Below, piece by piece: positions 1-10,985 of a stretch of DNA of 20,000 nt. The translations under genes and the position numbers were made by a program. The DNA comes from Chiloscyllium plagiosum (Eukaryota). Every line of letters starts with the position of its first letter. Within the stretch, counting starts at the first letter, position 1. Where the stretch lies: assembly GCF_004010195.1 (NCBI RefSeq), contig NC_057719.1, positions 81,379,501-81,399,500 of the forward strand, read 5' to 3'. Below the pieces are notes generated by a model. The model saw only the letters and a program-made list of their open reading frames with translations. It did not search any database and was not told the origin of the DNA.

Positions 1-1311
1 ATCACAGTCCAACGCTCTGCCTTCAATCCTCTTTGGTATTCTTCAAAAAAATTCAAGTTTGAGAGACATGATTTCACAAGCATAAAGCCATGTTGATACC
101 CCTAATCAGTCCTTGCCTATCCAAATGCATGTACATCCTGTCCTGCTGATGTCAGGCTGACTAGTCAATAGTTGCCTGGCTTTTCCTTACCACCTTTCTT
201 AAATAGTGGCACCACGTTAGCCAACATCCAGTCTTGTGGCATCTCACCTGTGGCTATAAATGATACAAATACCTCATCAAGGAGGTCTGCAATCACTTCC
301 CTAGCTTCCCACAGAGTTCTAGTTTACACCTGATCAGGTCTTGAGGATTTATCCACTTTTATGAGCTTTACGACCTGCAGCACCACCTCCTCTGTAATAT
401 GGACATTTTTCAAGATGTTACCATCTAATTCCCTACATTCTATATGTTCCATGACCTTCTCCACAGTAAGCTCCGATGCAAAATACTTGTTTAGTATCTC
501 CTACAGTTCCACACATAGGCTGCCTTGCTGATCTTTGAGGGTTCCTATTCTCTCCCTAGTTACCCTTTAGTCCTTCACATATTTATAAAATCCTTCTGGA
601 TTCTCCTTAACTATTTGCCAAAGCTATCCCACGTCCCCTTTTTGACCTCCTGATTTCCCTGTAAAATATAGTCCTACTGCCTTACTACCCTTCTAAGGAT
701 TCACCCAATCTCTGCTGTCTACACCGAACACATGCTTCCATCTCATTCTTAATAAAAACCTCAATTTCTCTAATCATCCAGCATTCCCTACACATATCAG
801 CCTTGCCTTTCACCCTAACAAGAATAAACTGTCCCTGGACTCTCATTACCTCATTTTTGAAGGTTTCTCATTTTCCAGCCATCTGTTTACCTGCGAACAT
901 CTACTTCCCCAAGCAACTTTTGAAAGCTCTTGCCTAATACCATCAAAATCAGCCTTCCTCAATTCAGAACTTCAGATTTTAGATCCAGTCTATCCTTTTC
1001 CATCACTATTTTAAACTAATAGAATTATGGTTGCTGGGCCCAAAGTGCTCCCCTACTGACACCTTAGTCACCTGCCCTGCCTTATTTCCCAAGAGTAGGT
1101 CAAGTTTTGCACCTTCTCTAGTAGGTACATCCACATATTGAATCAAAAAATTTTCTTTTGTACACTTAAATTCCTCTTCATTTAAGCCCATAACTATGGC
1201 AGTCCCAGGTTGTGTTTGCAAAGTTAAAATCTGCTACCAATACCATCCTATTACTCTAACAGATGACTGAAATCTCCTTACAAATTTGTTTCTCAATTTC
1301 CTGCTGACTAT

Positions 1312-1364
1312 TGTGCGTAGGTGTGTGCGCGCGTGTGTGCACGTGCACGTGCGTGTGCGTGCGT
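1312..1364. repeat. Mixed (TG/CG/CA)n alternating purine-pyrimidine microsatellite
   Basis: TGTGCGTAGGTGTGTGCGCGCGTGTGTGCACGTGCACGTGCGTGTGCGTGCGT is read directly in the sequence. Confidence 0.9.
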
Positions 1365-1468
1365 ATTTTTTAAACAGTACAATCCCAATAAGGTAATCAT
1401 CCCTTTATTTTATCAATTCCATCCAAATACCGTCCCTGGATATGTTCCCAGGAGTACCCTAAGTAAAT

Positions 1469-1774
1469 GGGCGGCATGGTGGCACAGTGGTTAGCATTGC
1501 TGCCTCACAGCGCCAGAGACCTAGGTTCAATTTCCGCCTCAGGCAACTGTGCACATTCTCCCAGTGTACACGTGGGTTTCCCCCAGGTGCTCCGGTTTCC
1601 TCCCACAGTCCAAAAATGTGCAGGTTAGGTGAATTGGCCATGGTAAATTGTCCATAGTGTTAGGTGAAGGGGTAAATGCAGGAGAATGGGTCTGGGTGGG
1701 TTGCTCTTCGGAGGTTCGGTGTGGACATGTTAGGCTGAAGGGCCTGTTTCTACACTGAGTAATCTAATCTAATC
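1469..1774 (+). mobile_element. HE1-type (V-SINE) tRNA-derived SINE, copy 1
   Basis: tRNA-like head GGGCGGCATGGTGGCACAGTGGTTAGC...GGTTCAATT (A/B boxes), central V-domain-like GGGTTTCC...CTCCGGTTTCCTCCCACAGTCCAAA, and (TAATC)n tail. Highly similar to 7358-7635. Confidence 0.88.
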
Positions 1775-2149
1775 AAACCCATAACGTTATCAGTTACCAA
1801 AAACGCAACTCTCTCTCCTCTCTTGTATCTTGGAACATTACGCCGCCAGTCCTGTTCATCCATGAGCCATGTCTCTGTAATTGCTATGATACCCCAGTCC
1901 CATGCTCCTAACAGTGTCCTGGTTCATCTGCCTTCCCTGTTATGCTTCCTGCATTGAAACAAGTGCAGTTTGATGGCAATCTAGCAGTGGTGTCTTCGAC
2001 ATCATATCCTACAGAAAAGCAGAGAATCACTGTCAGGAACTTATGGATTTCAGCATTTAAACTACTTTCTTCAATTCTTTATGTGACACAGACATCACTG
2101 AAATTACCAACAGTTATCATTCAACCCTTATTTGTCTGCTGTTTTTCTT

Positions 2150-2560
2150 ATAGGTGATGGGAATTGAAGGTGCTACCAAAGAATCCTTGCAAAATTGCTG
2201 CATTACATCTTGTAGAGGGTACTAGTCACCATCTTGTAGAGGGTACTAGCCACGATGCACGAGAGAAGTGAACATTTAAAGGTGGTGAAAGAGGAATCAA
2301 TCAAACAAGTTGTTTTGTCTTTGATGACAGATTTCTTGAATAATATTAGAGGCACAGGTTTGAGTAGTTAAATGCCTAGTTGCTAGCCATAGAAATTTCC
2401 AGTTTCTAACCCATTCCTCCAAACAGCACTCATTTGTCTGATCCACCTTTCTTACTGGTCAATGGTAACTCAAAGGACATTGACAGTGAGGTATTCGACT
2501 ATGGTAGTCCCCCTGAACATCAGGAAGAGATGCTTTGAAGTTGCTGGCAGTTTTAGAGAA
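2150..2560 (-). mobile_element. Old CR1/L2-clade LINE 3' fragment
   Basis: Its reverse complement resembles 5000-5480 (for example TTGCTGCATTACATCTTGTAGA versus CACAAGATGCACTGCAGAAA). Heavily diverged. Confidence 0.5.
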
Positions 2561-2607
2561 GTAACGACAAAATACTGATCGTTTCACTTTCATTACCAGT
2601 ACAAAAT

Positions 2608-2690
2608 GTGACATTCCCAGTGCAGTACTGAGTGAATATTATATAGCCACAGGAGCTGTGCTTTGTTTGAGATGTTAATGCTTTTAAGCT
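2608..2690 (+). mobile_element. DeuSINE (SacSINE-like) central-domain remnant
   Basis: GACATTCCCAGTGCAGTACTGAGTGA...GGAGCTGTGCTTTGTTTGAGATGTTAA resembles the Deu-domain core as I recall it. Confidence 0.5.
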
Positions 2691-2691
2691 G

Positions 2692-4505
2692 GATCACAGA
2701 ACCTCAAATCTTTGCAGCAGGAAGCTATTCAGCCAATCATGTCTGTACTAAGTCTAAGTGAACATCATTACCTACTGCAAATTTCTTGCTTTATCCCCAT
2801 ACCTTTACACATTATTTTTTATCTAAATAATCACTCCATACCTGCTGAATGTCTCAATTGATTCTGCCTTTAATATACTTCCAGGCAGGGCATTCAAGAC
2901 CCCAACTAGTCATTTGTGAAAACTGTTTTTCTTTTTCTTCCTCATCACTTTTAATCTGTACCCTATGGGTCTTGATTCCTTGATGAGTGGGAACAATTTC
3001 TCACTCCTTATCTATTTTATTCAGCCCAGTCATGATTGTGATTCTCTCTCTCTCTCAGATCTCCTTTTAGCTATCTTCTCTGCGGAAAAAAAAGTCCCAA
3101 CTCCTTCTAATTGTCCTCTAACTGAAATTTCTCATCCCTGGTACTGTCGCCCCATTTCCCCCCCTCAGTCAAAGCAAAATGTTCTGAGGCACAGTATAGT
3201 TTTACATGCATCTTTATTCCGGGCCCTGGAGGGAGACAGAACAATCGCTTCTGTGCACAGAGACATGAGTTCTCGGTCTTCTCTCGAACAGCAGTTTCTT
3301 AGTGAATTATATAGCCACTTTACAGGGAGGAGCATCCAGATACGGCAACATACATATTGAGGGGGTGACAACAGGGATGAAGCCATCTGGCATTATACAA
3401 TGCATAACTGGCTTCACAATTAATACTTTTCACCTTGTTAACTGACTTTACATACTGAATGCATCCTCATCTTGTTAAATGACTCTACATCATGAATGCT
3501 TTTCTACCTTGTTAACCCATTACCCTTGCCTCCAGCATCCCATTGTTAACTGCAAGTTCTTATCTGATCTGAGTCATGCTCAGTTGAACCTCGTTTCACA
3601 AAACTCAAAACTTAACTCTTTCCCTACCTGCCCATACCCTATACACATTCTCAGTACCATTCTGATGAATCTCTTCAAAAACCTCACCAATGCATTCACA
3701 TTCTTTCTCTAACTGTACACAATACTCCAGCTGAGATCTAAGATGTGTCTTATACAAGTTTAAGATCACTTCCCTGTTTGTATACTCTGTGCTCCTATTA
3801 TTTATTATTAATTTTATTAATTGCTCTTAACCTGTCCTGCCACACATATACAACTCGGTCCCTCTGCTTCTGAGCTCCCTTTAGAATTGTACCTTCCTAT
3901 CAACTTGCATCACTTCACACTTCCCTACATTAAACCTCATTGTTGTTTACTTGTCCATTCACTCAACCAACTTATGCATTTTCTTTTGTGTTTCTACACT
4001 GCCCTCCTCAAAGCTTGCAATTCTTTCAAGTTTTGGGTCATCTGCAAACTTTGAAATCGTTTGCTACACACCAAGATTTTCATCATTAGGGTACACATTA
4101 GGAAAACCAAAGGTCCCAATATCAACTCCTGGGAAACTCCACCACAAACCTTCCTTCAGCCAGTAAAATATCTACTGACCACCAAACTCTGGCTAAATAA
4201 CAGGAAACAAGTTTATGTGCACGTTGACATTGTCTTTCTATACCATGACCTATAACTTTCCTCAAGTTTGTCATGTGGCACCAAAATCTAGTGTCTTTCT
4301 GAAATCCACATAGACCATCAACAGCGCTACTCTCAATGAGCCTCTGTTACATCAGAAGTTCCAGCAAGTCAGAAAACACCATTTCCCCTTTAAAAAATTC
4401 ATGCTGACCCATGCTAATCAACCAACCTGCTCCCACGTAGCTACTAATCCTATCCCAAAGAAAGCTTCCCCACACTAAAGTTAAACAAAGGATGCCATAG
4501 TATTC
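2692..4505 (-). mobile_element. Decayed CR1 LINE (RT domain and 3' end), split by a solo LTR
   Basis: The minus-strand SKFADDPK RT catalytic motif has FADD at 4037-4048. An antisense CR1 3'-end signature lies near 2695-2750. The sequence rejoins seamlessly (CATCCCTGGTAC|CATTCTG) when 3145-3657 is removed. Confidence 0.75.
3145..3653 (-). mobile_element. Solo LTR (509 bp) with 4-bp TSD GTAC
   Basis: TG...CA termini, with GTAC on both sides (3141-3144 and 3654-3657). On the minus strand the order is 37-bp U3-like repeats (3434-3516), TATATAA (3313-3307), AATAAA (3218-3213), i.e. U3-R-U5. Confidence 0.85.
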
Positions 4506-4600
4506 CATTGCACTAGTGCAAAGATAAGCAGAGGAATTCTCTCCACTATCCTGGTCAATACTTATCCCTAAACCCACTAAAGCAGATTATTTTATCATTA
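4505..4600 (+). mobile_element. DeuSINE 3' part remnant
   Basis: GCAGAGGAATTCTCTCC...TCCTGGTCAATACTTATCCCT...CACTAAAGCAGATTAT resembles the DeuSINE downstream region as I recall it. Confidence 0.45.
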
Positions 4601-4604
4601 TAAA

Positions 4605-4840
4605 CAGCCACACAATACTGGAGAAACTCAGCAGTTTGTTTCTCTTTGCACAGATACTATCAGAGTTAAAGTTGAGCTCAGTATAACTTATCACAAGTAC
4701 TGAAAAGGGTTGGAAAATGGTTATTTATATTCTTTTGACAAAAGTGGAGGAGAAGCGAGGGATGAGAAATAAGGATGCAACATGGAAGTACATTAAAAAG
4801 GTGTGAAAGGGAGGAAATGGGTCCTCTTCACCCAGAATTA
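4605..4840 (-). mobile_element. Degenerate Penelope-like terminal fragment with an internal micro-inversion
   Basis: CTGGAGAAACTCAGCAG is the reverse complement of CTGCTGAGTTTCTCCAG (14092-14108). It is related to 19199-19310 and is followed by a purine-rich tract like the one at 19860-20000. Confidence 0.5.
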
Positions 4841-4869
4841 AGTAAACAAGGCACAGCAATAGAAGGTGG

Positions 4870-5560
4870 AGTGTGGGATGATTACACGATACTTAGCATC
4901 ACTCCTCAGATAATGGGACAGTCCATGTTCAAATGCAACAAGACCTGGACAATACCTAGGTTGGGGTTGACAAATAGCAAGTGAAATTTGCGATGCACAA
5001 TGCCACGCAATAACTATATCCAAGAGTACAGAATATAACCATTGCCCTTTAAACTCCAAAGGCATTAGCACCATTGAATCCCTAGCTATCAGCTTTCTGG
5101 GTGGGTTTGCATTGACACAACTGAACTGGATTGGCCATAATAAATACTGCAGCTACAATAGCAGATGAGGGGCTAGGAAGCCTACAGTGTGCAACTCACC
5201 TCCTGATCCCAGATCCTGTCTCTCATCTAGTATGCACAATTCAGACGTGTAACACTCCCCACTTACCTGAATGACTGCAGCGCCTTAGTTATCCAGAAGC
5301 TGGAAAGCGTCCAGAACAAAGTAACACACTGGATTTGCATCACATCCACAAACATTCACTCTTTCTAACGTCAATGCTCAGTAACAAGTAGTGACTACCA
5401 CCCACAAGATGCACTGCAGAAATTCAGTAAGACTCTTTGGACAGCATCTGCCAAACCCATGACTACTATCATCTAGAAGGACAAAGTGGTAAGTATATGG
5501 GAACACCACAACCTGCAAGTTCCCTCCTAAGCCACTTGCCATGCAGACTTGTAAAATACA
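4870..5560 (+). mobile_element. Old CR1/L2-clade LINE, RT C-terminus and 3' region
   Basis: It translates in pieces to DDYTI...VQMQQDLDN...DK*QVKFA, the post-DD region of a LINE RT (QQDLD...W...F). Many disruptions. Confidence 0.65.
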
Positions 5561-6189
5561 TGGAATGGATTAACATAAATCACAAAGAGAGAGTTCACTG
5601 CTCAAAACTTGTCTGTATGAATTTGTGTGGCTTGAATTTTACTTAAACTGATAACCAAATATAAAAAGAATGAAATATTCTTAAATTATAATGAAGTATT
5701 CAAAATGCTGAAGGCATAGCGTAAAGAGCAAATTCCCTCACAAAATGCAGAAATGAAACAAACACAAAGACTTCGAAAAGAAGTTAGATGTACTGCACAG
5801 TTGTGTTTCTGCTTAGCTGCCCTTTATGATGCAGGTTCATTTCAGGATTATACACTACGGCCACTGAGTAGAATTGTCCTCTTGCAAAACTTGTTGTGAT
5901 ATTAGAAAAACAATCCTTTGATCAGAATGTCACTATGTTTCATTGCTAGGGAGCACAATGCAAGTCAATATTGATAACTAAAATCGAATTACAAAATTCA
6001 TCTAAAATCAAATACTTAGCCTCTTAATTTTAACTGAATATGTCTTAAAAAGACAGAAGATAATAAGTAATTTCATTGCATTGTTCAAACATTACAAGCT
6101 GCCTATTCTGTCATACACAAAGTTAAACACTTTTCAACAAAGTCCCGGTATACACTTTCTAGTTAAAAGAATTTTATTTCAACCAATCT

Positions 6190-6456
6190 CTCTTGAACAC
6201 AGGTTTTCTGACTCAGAAGGTAGAGACACTACCATCAAAGCCCCATAAGTAACTGTAATACAAGATACTAATTTACTAATCAATCTATACAACTGTGGAA
6301 CGTGGGTCTCCTGGCTCATAGATAGATAAACTATCTCTGCACCACAAGATATCTTTAACCTACCTGTTCAGATATGCTATGACAAGCATGAAAAAGACAA
6401 ATCTAAATCTTCTTGACCCAGACATAGGGATGCTACATCAAAGCCAGAAGAGCCCT
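6190..6456 (-). repeat. Three tandem degenerate tRNA-like SINE heads (~105-bp spacing)
   Basis: Related ~55-bp units lie at ~6192-6249, ~6297-6349 and ~6400-6455 (GACTCAGAAGGTAGAGACACTACCATCAAAGCC / GGCTCATAGATAGATAAACTATCTCTGCACC / GACCCAGACATAGGGATGCTACATCAAAGCC). Copy 1 has a B-box-like GTTCAAG on the minus strand. Confidence 0.45.
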
Positions 6457-6819
6457 CATTAGATCACATTTTTTGTTTGACTTGATACTTTTAACACCTA
6501 GGTATTTAGCATCCAGCAATTAGAAATTAGACACTAATACCATAATACAAATCCAGCAAAATTAGCTTGGATATCTGCTATTCTCAATATAACAAAACAA
6601 TATAACCAAGGATCAATTTACATTCAGTTGAACAATCAAACATTCAATTCCAAAACCCCAAATTTAAATAAAAACAGTTCATTTCAGCAAGTGATGCAAG
6701 GGTCAGGTTTGACTCAGTAATCAATCTTCCTTGATCAAAAGCTTATTATTCACCATTTTCTGTTCATATGGTTATGAAGAACGCCATATTTCCCCCATTG
6801 TAAATGTAATCTTACAGCT

Positions 6820-9240
6820 GGATCTCCTTTTCCCTTCTTGCTACAGCTGCACTAAGATAGTAGGTGGGATACCAATCTAACAAGCTATTTTTCCTGAACA
6901 ATGTTAAGATTCTTGAGTGTTTGAGCTGCACTGATGCAGTCAAAGGACAGTAATCCATCACTGTCCTACCTTGTTGATTGTGGATGGACTGGAGAGTCTG
7001 GAGACTACTTTTGCCATAGACTTCTCAATCTGAACTGCTTGCATGGCTACAATATTTATTTGACTGTTCCAGTTAACATTTATGGTTAATGGAACTACCC
7101 AGAATGTTGATAGTAGCATTTAGCAATGGTGATGCCATTGAATATTGAGAGATGATTACATTGTCTTGCTGGAGATGGCCATTGCCTGTCACTTAAGTGG
7201 CATGAAACATTCTCTGGTGCCTTTTTTAAAAATTATTTGAGAGAGATCTGTGCATGGCTGAAGCTATCCATCAGCATACCATTTGCTGTGCACAGAGATC
7301 TTATCAGCTGCATAGAGAATAAATATTGGTGGCAAATAATATTTGCTCCACAAATTAGGGCGGCACGGTGGCACAGCGGTTAGCACTGCTGCCTCACAGC
7401 GCCAGAGACCCGGGTTCAATTCCCACCTCAGGCGACTGACTGTGTGGAGTTTGCACGTTCTCCCCATGTCTGCGTGGGTTTCCTCCCACAGTCCAAAAAT
7501 GTGCAGGTCAGGCGAGTTGGCCATGCTAAATTGCCCGTAGTGTTAGGTAAGGGGTAAATGTAGGAGTATGGGTGGGTTGCGCTTCGGCGGGTCGGTGTGG
7601 ACTTGTTTCCACACTGTAATCTAATCTCATCTAATATCAATTCAAGCTTGAATATTATCCAGATCTTGCTGAACATCGACACAGACTGCCTCAGTATGAG
7701 GATACACAATTGGTAGTTTGCAATAGTCAGTGAACATCTGACTGCTAATCTTATAATGGAAGAGGAGAACTGCTGAAGCTGCTGATAATGATTGGGCCTA
7801 GGACACAAACCTGCAGTAATATCTTGCAACAAAGATGGCTGACGTTCAACAACCATAACCATCTTCATTTGTGCAAAGTGTGATTCTAACCACTGCCTCC
7901 AATTGTACTCAGGCTATATGATGCCATGTGATCAAATGTTTCTTAAGGCCAACAGCAATCACTACCCAAGTGTTACAATAGTACTATTGATGATACTTTG
8001 TTGTGATGATTGAGAATAGACTGATGAGGCAGTACGCCAAATTGGATTTGACCTATTTGTGGACAGCCTAACTAGGCAATTTTCAGTTCGTAGTTAGCAC
8101 TACTACTAGGTTAATAGTAGTCACATCTGTACCTAATTGTACTAGTGCTAATTCTAGAACCCTAGTTTTCAAAATGACTGCTGGGATTTTCTACAGGTAC
8201 ATAGTCTTTGTTGCATCCAGTGTCTTCAGCCATTTCTTGATATCATGGAGACAATAAATTGGCTTAAGACTGCCATGTGTTATGCTGGGAACTTCAAAAG
8301 ATGAAGATCGATAATCCATTCAACATTTTGGCTAGAGGTAACAAATGTTTCTGCCTCTACTTTTGTGATGATTTGCTGGGCTCCCCTGTAATTGAAGATG
8401 TGGGTTTATAGAGAATGCTCCATCATTTATGACCAGATATTGCAGACGTACAGAGCTTAGATTTGATTCATTGGTTGTGATGGCTTCACTCAATGCTTTC
8501 ACCGTTTGGCATGCCAGTGGACCAATGTTGCAGCTAGATCATTTTGACATTGTTTTTAGGTATACATGATATTGCTCCTAGCATGTTCTCCTGCACTCTC
8601 CATTAAACCAAGATTGAGCACTTAGTTAGATGGTAATTGCAAAATATTATGCACCAGACCATGATCTGAAGTTCTGCTAATGGTGCACAGTTGACACCCA
8701 GTTGAGTTTCTAGATCTGTTCTGAATCAAATATTGAGGCTGTGCACAATACTAGTACCACATAATACAATGGAGAGTATTCTCAGTGTGAAGTTCAGACA
8801 TTCCATATCCAAGGACTGTTGTGGACAGATGCATCTGCAATATTTTGATGACAAGGTCACATAGGTTTTTTCCCTTTTCCTGGTTTCCTCACCACTTGCT
8901 GCAGGCCCAGTCCAGTACATGTGCCCTTCAGGGTTTGGCTAGCTCAATCAATAATGATACTGCCTACTCACTCTTAGGTGACACACAGTGAAGCCCCCCT
9001 CAGAGTTTATTCTATTCCTTTGCCAACTTCAGAGCTCTTCCAAGAGGTGTTCAACCTGAAAGAATACTGACTGATAAGGTCAGGGATATCAGTAGTAAGT
9101 AATCAGTAGGAGGTTACCATGGTATAAAGACCTGATGCTTTGATATTTCATGAAGCCAGTAGTCAACGTTGAGAACACCCAGCAATTCCCTACCTGTATA
9201 ACATTGTGCCACCACCATTTGTTGGACTGTCTGGACTTTA
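6820..9240 (-). mobile_element. Old, internally deleted CR1/L2-clade LINE (endonuclease to RT/3' region), interrupted by HE1 SINE copy 2
   Basis: Minus-strand MFTDYC (degenerate MFADDC) lies near 7720-7740, followed by a QQDLDN-like stretch (CAGCAAGATCTGGATAATATTCAAGCTTG). The upstream VMVVERQ...LQDITAG is RT-like. An endonuclease-like GGGT-type segment lies near 9200. Same family as 4870-5560. Confidence 0.6.
7358..7635 (+). mobile_element. HE1-type (V-SINE) tRNA-derived SINE, copy 2
   Basis: Same head (GGGCGGCACGGTGGCACAGCGGTTAGC...GGGTTCAATTCC), body and TAATCTAATC tail as 1469-1774, with two internal deletions. Confidence 0.88.
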
Positions 9241-10619
9241 ACTGTGAAATGTTTTGTTAAATCTGGATAATGAATAATGAAAATCATTACTCTTTTTCAG
9301 GCAACAGAATTATCAAAACAAATTGATTTTCCTCGTGGGATTCAACATTGCTTGACAAACATCTCTGTTTTGACTGCTGAGAGTTGCAACTAGCCTGTAA
9401 TTTTTTTAAAAATCCAAACAAATAGTAAATCCTGGAGAATAAAGTGTTGGTAATCATAAACAATCTTTGGTCAGTGAGGAATTGGTATCTTTTAACAAAG
9501 TACATTTATCTAAAAAAAATTGCGCCTCCTCAAGTTTGTCAGCTTGGCTGCATGGTGTGCGCCATGCAGCGCATCTTCCTATTTACCAGCATGCATCTGA
9601 AACTAGGAGACAATAGATCATCTGGGATTTATTCACTAATGAGGCAAGAGCATTTAAAAAAAACATGCTTCTCTCAACTTCCAGAGGCATAACATTCAGG
9701 CATGATAAACCAACAAATGATTATAACTCCAAAATTGGCAGAATTCTGTGCTTAAAGCATCAGTTGTCTGTGGGCAATACAGAATTCAAATAATTTAAAT
9801 AATCCTGACCTAACTGGCAATTGCTGACAAAGGAGATACTGTTTTTCTATTTCAGCCACTTTAGTAAACCATTCATCCACTCATGGTTGTTTTGCTAGTA
9901 TTCAGTTGTTTCTTAATTTCTGTTACTCAGAAACATATGAAGGAATATGGAATGAACAAAAATCCATCAACTTCAGAGGTTCCAACTATTCCAGCAATGT
10001 TTCTGGTGAGTCAAAAATACAGAAACTTAATAAGCACAATACAAAGATTTGCTTCGGTATAATGGCTTCATAATAGACTGCAAATATTACAAATTTCAAC
10101 CCAGTGAAGTATGAAACAAATTGCGTTCTGAGACCTGAATTTCACAGTCACGTTTCTTGGTTACACTGCTACAAAATGGATCATCCTTAAGAGGACTGAA
10201 GTGATCATTCACAAAAACAAATGCACAAAAGAATCACATGCACAGTTCATTCAAGAGGTATAGTTAAATATTCACTAGTTTTGAGTGTTTAACTCTATGT
10301 TGTAACATTCAACTCAAAAGTTAAATAGTAGTCTCCATCCAAAAAATTTTAAACATGCGCATTAACAGTCAAAAAAAATTATTTTGCAAAGGCCGATCAC
10401 TGCTAATGTTTGAAGAAAAATGAAACCCAAGAACATCAACCAATATTTTCTTTCTGCTCCAACTGGTGTATCTTATGGCTACTGACTGAACTACTAACTA
10501 TTTTAAAGTTAGATTAGCACTGAATTTTTTTCTTTTGGTCAGTGGAAAGGAATCCATATTGCTCAATACAGTCACTGTACGAACAAAATGTACCACAGCA
10601 GTTTCTATAAATTCTGTCC

Positions 10620-10985
10620 TCTATTTTGGACTTGCAAGTGCCACTTAAACCCGGCTAAGTGATAAATGTCTTGTGTTCAAGACTTCACGCAGAGTTTGTA
10701 CAAGTTATCAAGGTCGACACTGAAGAGTACTAAATTGTTCAAAGTACATCTATAAGCACCTATTGCCTGCTCAGGAGATAAAACATTACTTCTGGCATCA
10801 TTCACCCCTCAGCATTAATACAGTTTAGATTATGCAGTCATTCAATTTGTTTTTTATTTGGCAATACATATTGTATACAAACAGCACTTATCTTTTTAAC
10901 AAAAGATTCTAGACTTCAATTTATTAACAAACTGCCTCAGAATATCATAAGCATATGAATGGCACTATATAAATGCAAGCTACTT
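10620..10985 (+). mobile_element. Highly diverged, near full-length DeuSINE
   Basis: B-box-like GTTCAAGAC, then GGTCGACACTGAAGAGTACT (Deu core-like), AGATTATGCAGTCATT and the terminal GGCACTATATAAATGCAAG, in the expected order. Confidence 0.45.

Larger units (their letters stand above)
1..1970 (-). mobile_element. Decayed CR1 LINE ORF2 fragment (endonuclease through RT N-terminus), interrupted by a microsatellite and a SINE
   Basis: ORF 1006-1221(-) reads FLIQYVDVPTREGAKLDLLLGN...EHFGPSNHNSISLK, the CR1 APE-endonuclease C-terminal motif. It is homologous to FLEQLVLEPTREKAILDLVLCN in the 15199-15552 ORF. Multiple stops and frameshifts. Confidence 0.85.

Noticed and set aside
1469..1545. tRNA gene (also 7358-7430)
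   Set aside because: The tRNA-like A/B boxes are SINE heads that continue into the SINE body and (TAATC)n tail.
2965..3386. 131-aa and 73-aa ORFs
   Set aside because: They span the CR1/solo-LTR junction, have no protein motifs and are probably chance ORFs.
3434..3550. CRISPR-like repeat-spacer array
   Set aside because: The context is eukaryotic, the 'spacers' are similar to each other, and there are no cas genes. It is a tandem repeat within an LTR.
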